Shown here: positions 18,254 to 29,086 of the stretch, piece by piece
How the letters are laid out: each line of letters starts with the position of its first letter
How positions within the stretch are numbered: the stretch's first letter is position 1
Source: an uncultured Bacilli bacterium
GTDB taxonomy: Bacteria > Bacillota_I > Bacilli_A > RF39 > UBA660
Assembly (NCBI GenBank): GCA_910584085.1
Contig: CAJTZY010000007.1
Location: 8,074 to 72,073 of the forward strand
Direction of reading: 5' to 3'
Length of the DNA stretch: 64,000 nt
Made by a program: the position numbers and the translations under genes
The notes under the pieces: generated by a model
Databases searched by the model: none
The model's input: only the letters and a program-made list of their open reading frames with translations
What the model was told of the DNA's origin: nothing

Positions 18254-21196
18254 TTATTTTAATTCTTCAAGTTTAACACTAACAAGTTTACTAACACCAG
18301 ATTCTTGCATAGTAATTCCATAAAGAACATCTGCATATTCCATTGTTTTTTTCTTATGTGTTATAACTATAAATTGTGTTTTATCTTTTAACTTTGTTAT
18401 ATATTCACCAAACGCTTCAACATTAACCTCATCAAGGGCTGCTTCTACTTCGTCCAAAATACAAAATGGAACTGGACGCGATTTAAGTATTGCAAAAAGT
18501 AAACTAATTGCTGTAAATGTTTTTTCTCCACCAGAAAGTAAATTAATACTTTTTAATGTTTTTCCAGGTGGACATGCACTAATTTCAATCCCCGTTTCAA
18601 GGATATTGCTATCATCTGTAAGTTTTAACTCAGCGTTTCCTCCCTTGAATAATTCTTTAAAGGTAATACTGAAATTTTCCTGAATTATTTTAAATGTTTT
18701 TAAAAACTCTTGTTTCATTATATTATCCATTTCTTCTATTATTTCAAGCAAGGTTGTCTCTGCTTTAGATAAGTCTTCTTGTTCATGTATTAAAAATTCA
18801 TATCTCGAACTAACTCTTTCATATTCTTCTGGTGCAGCAATATTAACTGGACCCAATTCTTTAATTTTTCTTTTAAGTAAGTTCACTTTTCCTCTAGCAA
18901 TATTATCTTCAATATCTAATTTATATAGACCTACTGCTTTTTCATAGGTCATAGAATATGTTTCATTTAGTATATTAAGTAAATTATCTAATTTAACATC
19001 TGCTCTATTTACTTCAATTTCAAGTTCATGTAATAAATTATTTTTTTCATTAAATAGTGAGTTGTCTTTTTTAATAGCATATTCAAATTCTTCAAGTTCA
19101 CTAGATAATTTTATTTTAGATTTATTTAATATTTCAATCTCAGATTCAATTTTAGACTTTTTGTCCATTGTGTTATAAAGTTCTTTTAAAATTGATTCCT
19201 CCTCTTTATCGATTGTATTGTTTAAAGCATTATTGTTATTATTTATTTCCATAGATATTTCTTCTATTTTTTTATTTATAACAACTATCCTATTTTTAGC
19301 AGAACTAATATACTCTTCTATAGTTATTTTTTGTTTATTTAATAAATATAGTTTGTCTTCCACCGATTTTAAATCATAATCTAATTTATTTATATCATTT
19401 TCAATATCTTTTTGTTCTTGTTCCAATTTATTTTTGCATTTTAAGTTATTTTCAAGTTCATATTTATCTGTAATAACATTTCTAATTTTGATATTTCCAC
19501 CAGTAAGTGAACCACCTACATGTAAAATTTCTCCATCAAGTGTAACAATTCTATATTTGTAATTAATAATTTTACTAATTCTATTAGCATTATCAATATT
19601 ATCTACAACTATTACATTCCCCAATTGATTTTTTATTATTCCAGCATATTTTAAATCATATTTAACAATATTACTTGCAATATTTATAAAACCAAATTCT
19701 TTTTTTATTATATTAAGAGTATATTCATCTATATTTTTTTCCTTTATAACATTTAATGGAAAGAACGTAACTCTACCCATATTATTGCTTTTTAAATAAT
19801 TTATAGCTTCTTTAGCACTTATTTCATTATCTACTACTATATTTGATGAACTCGCACCAAGAGCTACTGAAATAGCGGTAGAATAGGCCTCCTCTACTTC
19901 AATCAAAGAACCAATAGCATTATGTATTCCCCTAAGTTTAGGGTTTTCAAGTACATTTTTAACAGCAACTGGTAAACTAGAATTATTGTCTATACCTTCT
20001 CTTAAAGAATCAATTTTAGTGCCTATTATACTTAAGTTTCTAATGACACTATTTAATTTAGTTAATAAACCATCTTTACTTTGCTTAATATTATGAATAT
20101 TATCTTCATATTTTTTGATTTCTATATTTATATTTTCAAGTTCATTATTTTTAATAGTTATATCATTATTCTGTAAGTTAATACTATTTTTTAAGTTAAG
20201 TTCCTCTTCTTTTAAATTTATTTGATTTTGATATATTTTAGCATCTTCAACTTCATATTTCTTTCTTTCTAATATAATTTGTTTTTTAGCATTAATTTTT
20301 TCAACCATAGTAGTTAAATTTAATAATTCTTTTTGACTATTTTTTAATTCTTCATCTATATTATTAATTTTAACTTTATAAGAAATTGTTCTAGCTTCAT
20401 TAGAACTATTATTTGTGTTTAAACTAATTATTTCTTTATTAAGTTCTTCTATTTTATTTTTATTTTCTTGATATTTATAATTTATATTAGTTATATCATT
20501 AGTTATTAAAGATATTTCAAGTTCTTTTAAATCTTCATTTAAATTAATATACTCTAAGGCTTTAATTTTTTGATCTCTTAAGGGCTCCACTTGTGTTTCA
20601 AGTTCTCTTATAATATCATTTACTCTATTCATGTTGTCATGTGTTCTTTCAAGTTTTCTTAGAGCCTCTTCCTTCCTTTTTTTATACTTTAGCACCCCTG
20701 CTGCTTCTTCAAAAATTACTCTTCTATTTTCTGGTTTACTAGATAATATATCATCAATTTTTCCTTGGGATATTATATTAAAACTTTCTTTTGCAATACC
20801 ACTATCTATAAGTAAATCACTTATATCTTTTAATCTACACTTTTCACCATTTAAAAAGAATTCATTAGTTCCATCTTTATATAATCTTCTTTTTATTGAT
20901 ACTTCATCAAATGAAATATTTAAATAATTATCAGAATTATTAAATATTAGTGTAACTGATGCATTATTCATGGGATGTCTACTTTTACTACCAGCAAATA
21001 TTACATCAGTCATATTTGAATCTCCCCTAAGAGATTTAACTGATTGTTCTCCTAGCACCCATCTTACTGCATCAACAACATTACTTTTTCCACTACCATT
21101 TGGACCAACTATTCCTGCTATATTATTATCTAAATCTATTATAGTATTATCTGCAAATGATTTAAATCCGGAAGCTATTATCTTTTTTAAGTACAT
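18254..21196 (-). CDS. smc: chromosome segregation protein SMC (short, 980 aa)
   Basis: N-terminal FKSFADNT...IVGPNGSGKSNVVDAVRWVLGEQS, long coiled coils, a hinge region, the signature LSGGEKTFTAISLLFAI and Walker B FCILDEVEAALD. Confidence 0.93.
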   Translation of the reverse strand: MYLKKIIASGFKSFADNTIIDLDNNIAGIVGPNGSGKSNVVDAVRWVLGEQSVKSLRGDSNMTDVIFAGSKSRHPMNNASVTLIFNNSDNYLNISFDEVSIKRRLYKDGTNEFFLNGEKCRLKDISDLLIDSGIAKESFNIISQGKIDDILSSKPENRRVIFEEAAGVLKYKKRKEEALRKLERTHDNMNRVNDIIRELETQVEPLRDQKIKALEYINLNEDLKELEISLITNDITNINYKYQENKNKIEELNKEIISLNTNNSSNEARTISYKVKINNIDEELKNSQKELLNLTTMVEKINAKKQIILERKKYEVEDAKIYQNQINLKEEELNLKNSINLQNNDITIKNNELENINIEIKKYEDNIHNIKQSKDGLLTKLNSVIRNLSIIGTKIDSLREGIDNNSSLPVAVKNVLENPKLRGIHNAIGSLIEVEEAYSTAISVALGASSSNIVVDNEISAKEAINYLKSNNMGRVTFFPLNVIKEKNIDEYTLNIIKKEFGFINIASNIVKYDLKYAGIIKNQLGNVIVVDNIDNANRISKIINYKYRIVTLDGEILHVGGSLTGGNIKIRNVITDKYELENNLKCKNKLEQEQKDIENDINKLDYDLKSVEDKLYLLNKQKITIEEYISSAKNRIVVINKKIEEISMEINNNNNALNNTIDKEEESILKELYNTMDKKSKIESEIEILNKSKIKLSSELEEFEYAIKKDNSLFNEKNNLLHELEIEVNRADVKLDNLLNILNETYSMTYEKAVGLYKLDIEDNIARGKVNLLKRKIKELGPVNIAAPEEYERVSSRYEFLIHEQEDLSKAETTLLEIIEEMDNIMKQEFLKTFKIIQENFSITFKELFKGGNAELKLTDDSNILETGIEISACPPGKTLKSINLLSGGEKTFTAISLLFAILKSRPVPFCILDEVEAALDEVNVEAFGEYITKLKDKTQFIVITHKKKTMEYADVLYGITMQESGVSKLVSVKLEELK

Positions 21197-21264
21197 CTTA
21201 TCACCTTACTATTTCATTATATCAGTAAAAACTATTAGAATGCAAGAAAAAAGGAGCAAAAGCT

Positions 21265-21696
21265 CTATAATTTCTTTATTTTTTTTCTTTCTAAATCGCT
21301 TTTAACTATACTATTATTTTTATTTTGTAAATAATCTGTTATTTCATTTTCATTAAATATATGGAGTGCTTCCGCCTCAGTACAGGCATAAGAAAAATCA
21401 TCGAGTATATTATATAAAGAAAGTACACAAGTTATAACATCACGTCTAAGTTCACTATTATATTCGTCGTGATATATTAAGATTTTACCACTATTATATG
21501 CAGCCTTTACTTTACTAATTGGTTCTATAAACCTTCCAATAAAGGCTTCTTTCTCAAGTTCTTTATTTATTAAAATTACGTCACTATATTTAACATTCCT
21601 TTTATCAAAATTTTGAACCTGTACATATAAATTATTACTTATATTGTATATTTCAGGTAATCCTATTTTTTTTGGAGTATTTATATCAATTGACAT
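21265..21696 (-). CDS. hypothetical protein
   Basis: The ORF is taken from MSIDINTPKK, with GGAGG 9 nt upstream. It overlaps the glycosyltransferase stop by 11 nt, indicating coupling. Confidence 0.5.
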   Translation of the reverse strand: MSIDINTPKKIGLPEIYNISNNLYVQVQNFDKRNVKYSDVILINKELEKEAFIGRFIEPISKVKAAYNSGKILIYHDEYNSELRRDVITCVLSLYNILDDFSYACTEAEALHIFNENEITDYLQNKNNSIVKSDLERKKIKKL

Positions 21697-22702
21697 GCTC
21701 TTCTTCCTCCAAAACCTCTTTATATATACCAATAAGTTTCTTTCCTATTTTTTTTATATCTCTGTCAAGGGCAACTTTATATCCTTCTCTTGTCAGATTA
21801 GGGAGTTTTCCTTCCAATATATTTTTAATTTTTTCTTCAAATTCATCTAAATTTTTTGCCTTATATACATTTTTTCCATCAATAAGCCATTCAGAAAATA
21901 CAGGTATATCTCTTATTAAAGAAGGAATACGGGCAGCGCATGCCTCTATTATTGGAATTCCTTCTGTTTCCTCTAACGTTGGAAACAAGTATAAATCCGC
22001 ACCACTATACGCACCCCTTAATATTTGTGGTTCAACATAACCAGCAAATATTAAATTATCTAGTTCAGTATTTACTGCTTCTCTAATTTTAGCAGGACTA
22101 GCCGCAAGTGGAGAATAACCAAACCAAATAAATTTATACTGTGGTAATCTTTTTGCGAGTTCTACAAAGTCAAGGATACCTTTTCTTTCAATATATAATC
22201 CAACACCTATAATAACCTTATCATCCTTTTTATATTTATAGGTCTCTCTAAATTCTTTACCTAATTTTTCATCTTTTTCAAAAAAAGACACATCTATACC
22301 ATTACTTATATCAGTAATAGGATTTTCTATTCCATAACCTTCTAAAAGATGTTTTGAATAAGGGGTTGGAGTAAGAATTCTATCACCTAGAGTATAACAC
22401 TTAATTAACCATTCTTTAAATACTGGTGCAATTTGATTTGATAGAATAAATGAATTTCTAAAATCCTCTTCTGTTGAATGCGCATGATATATAACCTTCT
22501 TACCCTCTTTTTTTGCTTTCTTAGCCAAAAGATAAGATTTTGGTCCATAATAATTTATATGTACTATATCATAATCATCCTTTGGATCTGTTGTATACTC
22601 TATGTTATTTTCTTTAAGAGCTTGCATTTGATGTTTTATAGCTTTTCCTAAACCTGACTTGCTTAGCATTTTCTCATTTTCTGTATATAATAAGACTTTC
22701 AT
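21686..22702 (-). CDS. GT4-family (GT-B fold) glycosyltransferase, glycolipid-synthase-like
   Basis: A 338-aa protein. Its C-terminal half carries the EX7E-type segment TLEETEGIPIIEACAARIPSL typical of the Glycos_transf_1 family. Confidence 0.8.
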   Translation of the reverse strand: MKVLLYTENEKMLSKSGLGKAIKHQMQALKENNIEYTTDPKDDYDIVHINYYGPKSYLLAKKAKKEGKKVIYHAHSTEEDFRNSFILSNQIAPVFKEWLIKCYTLGDRILTPTPYSKHLLEGYGIENPITDISNGIDVSFFEKDEKLGKEFRETYKYKKDDKVIIGVGLYIERKGILDFVELAKRLPQYKFIWFGYSPLAASPAKIREAVNTELDNLIFAGYVEPQILRGAYSGADLYLFPTLEETEGIPIIEACAARIPSLIRDIPVFSEWLIDGKNVYKAKNLDEFEEKIKNILEGKLPNLTREGYKVALDRDIKKIGKKLIGIYKEVLEEEEHVN

Positions 22703-22735
22703 TGTATCACCATTTTAAGTATATCACAAAAAAGA

Positions 22736-22966
22736 TTAATAAACAACTCTAACTAAAATAACATCTTCACCAATTTTTTCAATTTGTTCCCATTTTATAA
22801 CCATCTCTTTATTACCTGTAAAATAGGAAATTATAAATTTATGTTTTTCTACAATAAGTCCAGTAGTAACACCTTTTTCATTAACACTTAAATCTATTAT
22901 ATTGCCAATATTTTTTCCATCTATTAAATTTATAACAGATTTGTTTTGTAAATCTGAAAGTCTCAT
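22736..22966 (-). CDS. ylmC: YlmC/YmxH family PRC-barrel sporulation protein
   Basis: A 76-aa protein. MRLSDLQNKSVINLIDGKNIGNIID...EQIEKIGEDVILV matches the family pattern. It lies downstream of sigG as in Bacillus. Confidence 0.8.
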   Translation of the reverse strand: MRLSDLQNKSVINLIDGKNIGNIIDLSVNEKGVTTGLIVEKHKFIISYFTGNKEMVIKWEQIEKIGEDVILVRVVY

Positions 22967-23009
22967 ACTATCACCAATATATTATATGAAAAAAGTAGAC
23001 TTTTGCCTA

Positions 23010-23786
23010 CTAACTTATTTTATTTTTTATATTATTTAATGCACTCTTTTCAAGTCTTGAAATTTGTGCCTGTGATATACCTATTTCATCTGCAAGTTCC
23101 ATTTGTGTTTTGCCTATTATATATCTTTCAACTATAATATATCTTTCTTTATCTTTTAATGAACTTATTGCTTCATTTAAGGCTACTTTTTCTTCTACAT
23201 CTTTCATTTTACTATTTTTATCTTCAATCTGATCTGCTAAATAGATAGTATCCCCACCATCACTATAAATTGGTTCAAATATGCTGATAGTATCTTTCAT
23301 ACTATCTAATGCATTACTTACCTCATATTCAGTTATTCCAAGTCTTTTAGCTATTTCTTTTGTACTTGGCTCTCTATTTAATTCATGTATTAATTCTTCT
23401 TTAGCAATCAGCGATTTGTATGCAATGTCTTTAATGCTACGAGCTATTCTAATACTGTTATTATCTCTTAAGTACCTTTTTACTTCGCCAAGTATCATAG
23501 GTACTGCATATGTAGAAAATTTTACATCAAATTTTAAATCAAAATTATCTATGGCCTTTATAAGACCAATGCATCCAACTTGAAATAAATCATCCATATT
23601 GTCACATCTGTTATTATATTTTTTTAGTATACTAAGAACAAGTTTTAGATTACCATTTACAAGTTCCTCTTTAGCAAACATATCCCCTTCCTTATATTTT
23701 TTAAATAATTCAGTCATACTATCATTACTTAAAACTTTTAAATTCGCAGTATTCACGCCACAGATTTCAACCTTATGACGTGCCAT
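23010..23786 (-). CDS. sigG: forespore RNA polymerase sigma factor SigG
   Basis: The N-terminus HKVEICGVNTANLKVL and the stretch LVNGNLKLVLSILKKYNNR...DDLFQVGCIGLIKAIDNFD...VKFSTYAVPMILGEVKRYLRDNNSIRIARS closely follow B. subtilis SigG. Confidence 0.88.
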   Translation of the reverse strand: MARHKVEICGVNTANLKVLSNDSMTELFKKYKEGDMFAKEELVNGNLKLVLSILKKYNNRCDNMDDLFQVGCIGLIKAIDNFDLKFDVKFSTYAVPMILGEVKRYLRDNNSIRIARSIKDIAYKSLIAKEELIHELNREPSTKEIAKRLGITEYEVSNALDSMKDTISIFEPIYSDGGDTIYLADQIEDKNSKMKDVEEKVALNEAISSLKDKERYIIVERYIIGKTQMELADEIGISQAQISRLEKSALNNIKNKIS

Positions 23787-23805
23787 AAAATTCTCCTTTC
23801 TACCT

Positions 23806-23835
23806 TGTTATGAGTAATGAATTTAAAAAATATAC
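23806..23835 (-). promoter_or_regulatory. possible SigF/SigG-type promoter of sigG
   Basis: On the minus strand, GTATA-N18-CATAACA resembles the GHATR-N17/18-CATnnTA forespore promoter consensus with one mismatch. It lies ~20 nt upstream of the RBS. Confidence 0.3.
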
Positions 23836-23860
23836 AAAAAAGAACGTATTTTAACGTTCG
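23836..23860 (-). terminator. intrinsic terminator after the 23862 ORF
   Basis: Minus strand hairpin GAACGT-TAAAAT-ACGTTC followed by TTTTTT. Confidence 0.5.
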
Positions 23861-23861
23861 A

Positions 23862-24776
23862 CTATTTTATTTTACATTTTTCTTTATCCAAAGATGGTTT
23901 CTCATTAATATATCCAATAATAGTTTTAAATGATTCATCATTTAATATAGCAGTATTCTTACTTGCAATATCAGTATATATGCTAGAAATCTCATCCTGA
24001 ATATTGAATTTAACTTCACAAACTATATCTATATTTATGAAAGAAAATATAAGTTTTAATAATTCTTTTCTCTCCTCTAAATTTAAATTCTTTTCTTTTT
24101 CAGTAAATTCTTTTGTATAGGCGCTACTATATAAAATTGAGTATTGTCTATCAATTAACATATTATAAGAACATTCTAAATTGAAAAACTTACATAAATC
24201 TAAATATATTTGTGATAGGTCAAAAACATCCATTATTGATTTTATAATTAAATATATTTTTGAATGTTCAAGATATGTAGTTAATTTAAATGTATAATTT
24301 GTTAGATTATTATTCTTATTATAGGATGTTACTAATTTATCTAAATTATCTTTATATTCAGGATTTTTACTAACAAGTTCTGTAAATTCGGAATAATCCA
24401 TAATCTTTTCTTCAATTTTATCTATTCCAAACATATGAAATAAATGGCTGTCTTCTTGTTTATGTGAATACTCCTCAATATATTTATGTTTAATTCCTAA
24501 TTCTTCATCCAGATATTTAAAAAAGGCATTATCAAAATTAAGAGAAACCCTTTTAAAAACAATCTTATCTTCCTCAATGTAAGGAAATATTTTTCTTTCT
24601 GATAAATCTCTAAGAATTGTATTCCTTCTTTGAACTAATTTTTTTGAATCTATTTTATCCGTTTGTTTATCGCTTATATTTCTGTAACCCATAGTACCCA
24701 ATCTATATTTCGTATAACTTTCATTACTAATTCTCTTTGCTATCTTTTTTATCCTTTCAAATTCTTCATTTGTCAT
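23862..24776 (-). CDS. hypothetical protein
   Basis: A 304-aa soluble-looking ORF between fhs and sigG. No recognisable motif. Confidence 0.55.
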   Translation of the reverse strand: MTNEEFERIKKIAKRISNESYTKYRLGTMGYRNISDKQTDKIDSKKLVQRRNTILRDLSERKIFPYIEEDKIVFKRVSLNFDNAFFKYLDEELGIKHKYIEEYSHKQEDSHLFHMFGIDKIEEKIMDYSEFTELVSKNPEYKDNLDKLVTSYNKNNNLTNYTFKLTTYLEHSKIYLIIKSIMDVFDLSQIYLDLCKFFNLECSYNMLIDRQYSILYSSAYTKEFTEKEKNLNLEERKELLKLIFSFINIDIVCEVKFNIQDEISSIYTDIASKNTAILNDESFKTIIGYINEKPSLDKEKCKIK

Positions 24777-24861
24777 TATTAATCCCCCATTTCAAACAAC
24801 TTGGTTATTATATATCAAAATCATTTGTTTGTCTATCATTTTTATAGTAAAAAATTATCAA

Positions 24862-26499
24862 TTAAAATAATCCACTAATATTTCCATTATTATCTATTTT
24901 CATATTAAGATAGGCAGATGTTTTGGATAGACCTGGAAGAGTCATAATATTACCCATTAAAACTACTATAAATCCAGCACCACTGCATGCTTTTATGTCA
25001 GTTACTTTCATATCAAAATTATTTGGGGCTCCCAATTTTTTTGGATCATCACTAAAAGACACCTGAGTTTTAGCTATACATATAGGTAAATTACCTAAAT
25101 TATTATTTTCTAACAATTCTATTTTCTCTTTTATTTCTTCATTTATAATAACATTACCTCTATATATTTCTTTAACAATTATATTAATTTTATTTATTAT
25201 AGTGTCACTCAAATTATATAATGGCTTATAATCAGATTTATTATTACATATATTTATTATTTTATTTGCAAGATTTATACTACCATTACTACCATATTTA
25301 TATGATTCACATACTTCAATATCATATCCCCTATTTGTAACAACTTCTTTTACATAATTTATTTCATCAATAGTATCGCTTTCAAATTTATTTAAACATA
25401 TTATAATATGTTTTGTATATTTACTTACATTTTCTATATGTCTTTCTAAATTAACTATGCCTTTTTTTAAAGCGTCTATATTTTCTTTATTGATATTTTC
25501 TTTGTCTATACCACCATTATACTTTAAACTTCTTATAGTAGCATTTATAACTACACAATTGGGTTTTAAATTTCCTATTTGACACTTTATATCTAAAAAT
25601 TTTTCTGCACCTAAATCTGCACCAAATCCAGCTTCAGTTACAACATAATCGCATAACTTAAGTCCTAGTTTAGTAGCAATTATTGAATTACAACCATGGG
25701 CAATGTTTGCAAATGGTCCACCATGTATAATTGCAGGATTATTTTCAAGCGTTTGAACTAAATTAGGTTTAATTGCATCTTTTAAAAGAATAGCAATCGC
25801 ATCTACACAGTTTAAATCACGAGCAAAAATCATTTTTTTATCCTTTGTATATCCGATTAATATATTTCCTATTCTTTTTTTTAAATCATTTATATCTTTT
25901 GATAAGCAAAGTATTGCCATTATCTCACTAGCAACAGTTATGTTATAGTGTTCTTCTCTAGAATTTTCACCCTCTAAAATTATATTACGTAAAGCACGAT
26001 CATTTAAATCTATACATCTAGAAAATACTACTTTATCTATACCTAAAGTATTACCTTGAAAAATATGATTATCTATTATCGCACATAATAAATTGTTTGC
26101 TGATTCTATAGCATGTATATCGCCTGTAAAATGTAAGTTAATATCTTCCATAGGAACAACCTGTGAATACCCTCCACCTGTTGCACCACCCTTTATTCCA
26201 AATACAGGGCCTAGTGATGGTTCTCTTAAAGCAACAACGCTTTTCTTTCCAAGTTTTCTTAAAGCATCATTTATTCCAATACTTATAGTTGTTTTTCCTT
26301 CTCCAAAAGGTGTAGGATTTATTGACGTTACAAGTATTAGTTTACTATCCTTATCTTTTAATTTATCTATATCTAAATTAATTTTTGCTTTATATTTACC
26401 ATAACATTCTAAGTATTCAGGTTCTATATTTAATTTATCAGCAATTTTTTCTATATTTAAAAGTTCACATTCTTTACTTATTTCAATATCACTTTTCAT
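24862..26499 (-). CDS. fhs: formate--tetrahydrofolate ligase
   Basis: TPFGEGKTTISIG and EPSLGPVFGIKGGATGGGYSQVVPMEDINLHFTGDIHAI are diagnostic FTHFS motifs. Confidence 0.95.
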   Translation of the reverse strand: MKSDIEISKECELLNIEKIADKLNIEPEYLECYGKYKAKINLDIDKLKDKDSKLILVTSINPTPFGEGKTTISIGINDALRKLGKKSVVALREPSLGPVFGIKGGATGGGYSQVVPMEDINLHFTGDIHAIESANNLLCAIIDNHIFQGNTLGIDKVVFSRCIDLNDRALRNIILEGENSREEHYNITVASEIMAILCLSKDINDLKKRIGNILIGYTKDKKMIFARDLNCVDAIAILLKDAIKPNLVQTLENNPAIIHGGPFANIAHGCNSIIATKLGLKLCDYVVTEAGFGADLGAEKFLDIKCQIGNLKPNCVVINATIRSLKYNGGIDKENINKENIDALKKGIVNLERHIENVSKYTKHIIICLNKFESDTIDEINYVKEVVTNRGYDIEVCESYKYGSNGSINLANKIINICNNKSDYKPLYNLSDTIINKINIIVKEIYRGNVIINEEIKEKIELLENNNLGNLPICIAKTQVSFSDDPKKLGAPNNFDMKVTDIKACSGAGFIVVLMGNIMTLPGLSKTSAYLNMKIDNNGNISGLF

Positions 26500-26610
26500 G
26501 ATTACCTCCTATTTATGTCTATTTTCAAAATACACTAAGTAACATATAATATATTATTTTTAAGTATATTATTCCTCTTTATAATTATATAATAATATTA
26601 AATTTAAGTA

Positions 26611-26634
26611 AACTAAAAGAGGATTAAAATCCTC
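26611..26634 (-). terminator. probable terminator overlapping the ftsZ stop codon
   Basis: Minus strand GAGGAT-TTTA-ATCCTC followed by TTTTAGTTT. Confidence 0.4.
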
Positions 26635-27724
26635 CCCTTTTTCTTAAAAATGATGGAATTATATCCTCTGAATCATTATCACTATCATCATCTTCATAAT
26701 TTTTTCTATAGTTTACTTTATTACTAGTATCAATTGTTTTTTCACTTCTAGTTTGAACTGGGGTTTCTACTTTTTCTCCATCCTCAAATCCAGTAGCAAT
26801 TACAGTAACAATTATTTCATCGTTTAAATTTTCATTGATAACAGCTCCAAATATAGTATTCATATCCGTTTTAGCACTATTTCTAATTACTTCTGCTGCT
26901 TCTTCTACTTCAAATAATGTCAAATTAGTACCACCCGTAACATTTATAATTGCATCAGTTGCTCCATCGATGCTTGTTTCAAGAAGTGGGCTTGATATTG
27001 CTTGACGAGCTGCTTCAGTTGCTCTATTTTCTCCAACTCCAATACCAATTCCTATTAAAGCTTTACCACGTTTTTCCATAACAGTTTTAACATCTGCAAA
27101 GTCTAAGTTAATTAGTCCTGCTACAGCAATTAAATCTGATATTGATTGAACTCCACGTCTAAGTACATTATCAACTTCTTTAAAAGAATCTACTAGTGGT
27201 GTTGTTTTATCTATTATTTCTCTTAATTTATCATTTGGAATAACAATTAAAGTATCTACATTTTTCTTTAATTCTTCAAGTCCTATAATAGCTTGTTCCA
27301 TTCTTTTTTTACCTTCAAATGAGAATGGTTTAGTAACAATACCTACAGTAAGTGCGCCAAGCTCTTGTGCGATACCTGCAATAACTGGAGCAGCACCTGT
27401 TCCAGTACCTCCACCCATTCCACAAGTAACAAATACCATATCGGCACCTGCTAGTGCTTCCTCTAATTCTTTTTTACTTTCAAGAGCAGCTTCTCTTCCT
27501 ATTTCTGGTTTAGCACCTGCACCTCTACCACCTGTTAAATCTTCTCCTATTTGTATTTTAGTTGGAGATTTAGAACAGTTTAATACTTGTAAATCAGTAT
27601 TAGCAACTATAAATTCAACACCTTTAACTCCTGATTCTATCATTCTATTTACGGCGTTGTTTCCTCCACCACCAACACCAATAACCTTAATTTTAGCAAC
27701 TTGATCCATTTCTAACCCGAACAT
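26624..27724 (-). CDS. ftsZ: cell division protein FtsZ
   Basis: The tubulin signature [30 protein letters not shown] and NLDFADV. Confidence 0.97.
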   Translation of the reverse strand: MFGLEMDQVAKIKVIGVGGGGNNAVNRMIESGVKGVEFIVANTDLQVLNCSKSPTKIQIGEDLTGGRGAGAKPEIGREAALESKKELEEALAGADMVFVTCGMGGGTGTGAAPVIAGIAQELGALTVGIVTKPFSFEGKKRMEQAIIGLEELKKNVDTLIVIPNDKLREIIDKTTPLVDSFKEVDNVLRRGVQSISDLIAVAGLINLDFADVKTVMEKRGKALIGIGIGVGENRATEAARQAISSPLLETSIDGATDAIINVTGGTNLTLFEVEEAAEVIRNSAKTDMNTIFGAVINENLNDEIIVTVIATGFEDGEKVETPVQTRSEKTIDTSNKVNYRKNYEDDDSDNDSEDIIPSFLRKRGGF

Positions 27725-27735
27725 AATTTCCTCCT

Positions 27736-28980
27736 CTATTCGTTAAAGAAAAATCCAAATATTTTTCCTAACATTGAATCTGATGTGTTTGTTTTTTTAG
27801 AATTCATAGTAATAGCCTGATAAAATTCATTTTCATCAACCATACTATAATCTTTATTTTTTAACTTTAATTTACTTATAAAGTATACTATATTACCTAT
27901 GCAAGACGAATATATATTATCTCTTATTCCAAGCATTTTTACATTACCTATATTTGCATTTTCTCCAAATATATCTTTAACTATATATTCAAAACCTACC
28001 ATATTACTAGTACCACCTGTAATTATAATATAATCTATTTTCTTACTTGTCAATAGATTTATCTCTTTTTTAGCTTCCTCAAGCAATTCTTCTAATCTTG
28101 ACATGACAATTTCAGATATTTCAAATTGATTTATTTTTATAATTTCATCTTTTGAATTTTTAACCTCAATTATATCATTAACACTTGCATTCTTTTTGTG
28201 AGCTAAAGCAAAATCTAATTTAAGCTTCCCCGCAGTACTATTATCAATTTTATACATATATGCAATATCACTATCTATATTTTTACCACCCATATTAATT
28301 ATACTACTTTTTACTATAATACTTTTATTATATAAAGATATATCAGTTGTCTCACTACCTATATTTATAATTGCACCTATCTTATCTTCAAATTTTTTAT
28401 TATTAAAGCAATATAAATCTCCAATATTATTTAAGGATATATCAACAACTTCTATTCCAAGATTTTCAAGTAAAGTAACTACTGAGTAAACATTCTTTTT
28501 AGGCGTTGTAACAAGTACTGCACGACATCCTAAATTAGATCCTTTCATTCCTTTAGGATTTTTTATAAATGCATTTTCATCTAGCGTATAATCAATTGGA
28601 AGTACAGTTACAAGTTCCCTAGATTCAAATGAATTTCTTTTTGCAGCTATATCAAGTACTTTAACTATATCATCACTTGTAACAGTTAAATTTTCATTAT
28701 TTATTTTAATATTGGATTTGACAATTGTATATTCTGCATTAAATGAAGGAATAGAAGCAATTACTCTTTTAATTTTAATTCCAAGCATGGTTTCAATTTC
28801 CTTAAATGCATTTTTTACAGAAATAGATGCCTGTTCAACATCTGTAATTAATCCCTTTTTTATTCCCTTTGATTTAAAAGAAGATGTTGCAAGTAAGTTT
28901 AATTTATTTTGGTACAACTCACATACTACAATTTTTATACTGTTAGAACCAATATCAATGCTAGTATAAATATGCTTCAT
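27736..28980 (-). CDS. ftsA: cell division protein FtsA
   Basis: The actin-like fold motif [18 protein letters not shown], and its position directly upstream of ftsZ. Confidence 0.92.
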   Translation of the reverse strand: MKHIYTSIDIGSNSIKIVVCELYQNKLNLLATSSFKSKGIKKGLITDVEQASISVKNAFKEIETMLGIKIKRVIASIPSFNAEYTIVKSNIKINNENLTVTSDDIVKVLDIAAKRNSFESRELVTVLPIDYTLDENAFIKNPKGMKGSNLGCRAVLVTTPKKNVYSVVTLLENLGIEVVDISLNNIGDLYCFNNKKFEDKIGAIINIGSETTDISLYNKSIIVKSSIINMGGKNIDSDIAYMYKIDNSTAGKLKLDFALAHKKNASVNDIIEVKNSKDEIIKINQFEISEIVMSRLEELLEEAKKEINLLTSKKIDYIIITGGTSNMVGFEYIVKDIFGENANIGNVKMLGIRDNIYSSCIGNIVYFISKLKLKNKDYSMVDENEFYQAITMNSKKTNTSDSMLGKIFGFFFNE

Positions 28981-29086
28981 TATATCATCTCCTACAATCT
29001 AAGTATTATTATACTATAAAATAAAAAAAAAGTAAAAACTTTTTTATACCTTTTACTCTTTTTATATCAATTTATATTAAAAAAAG

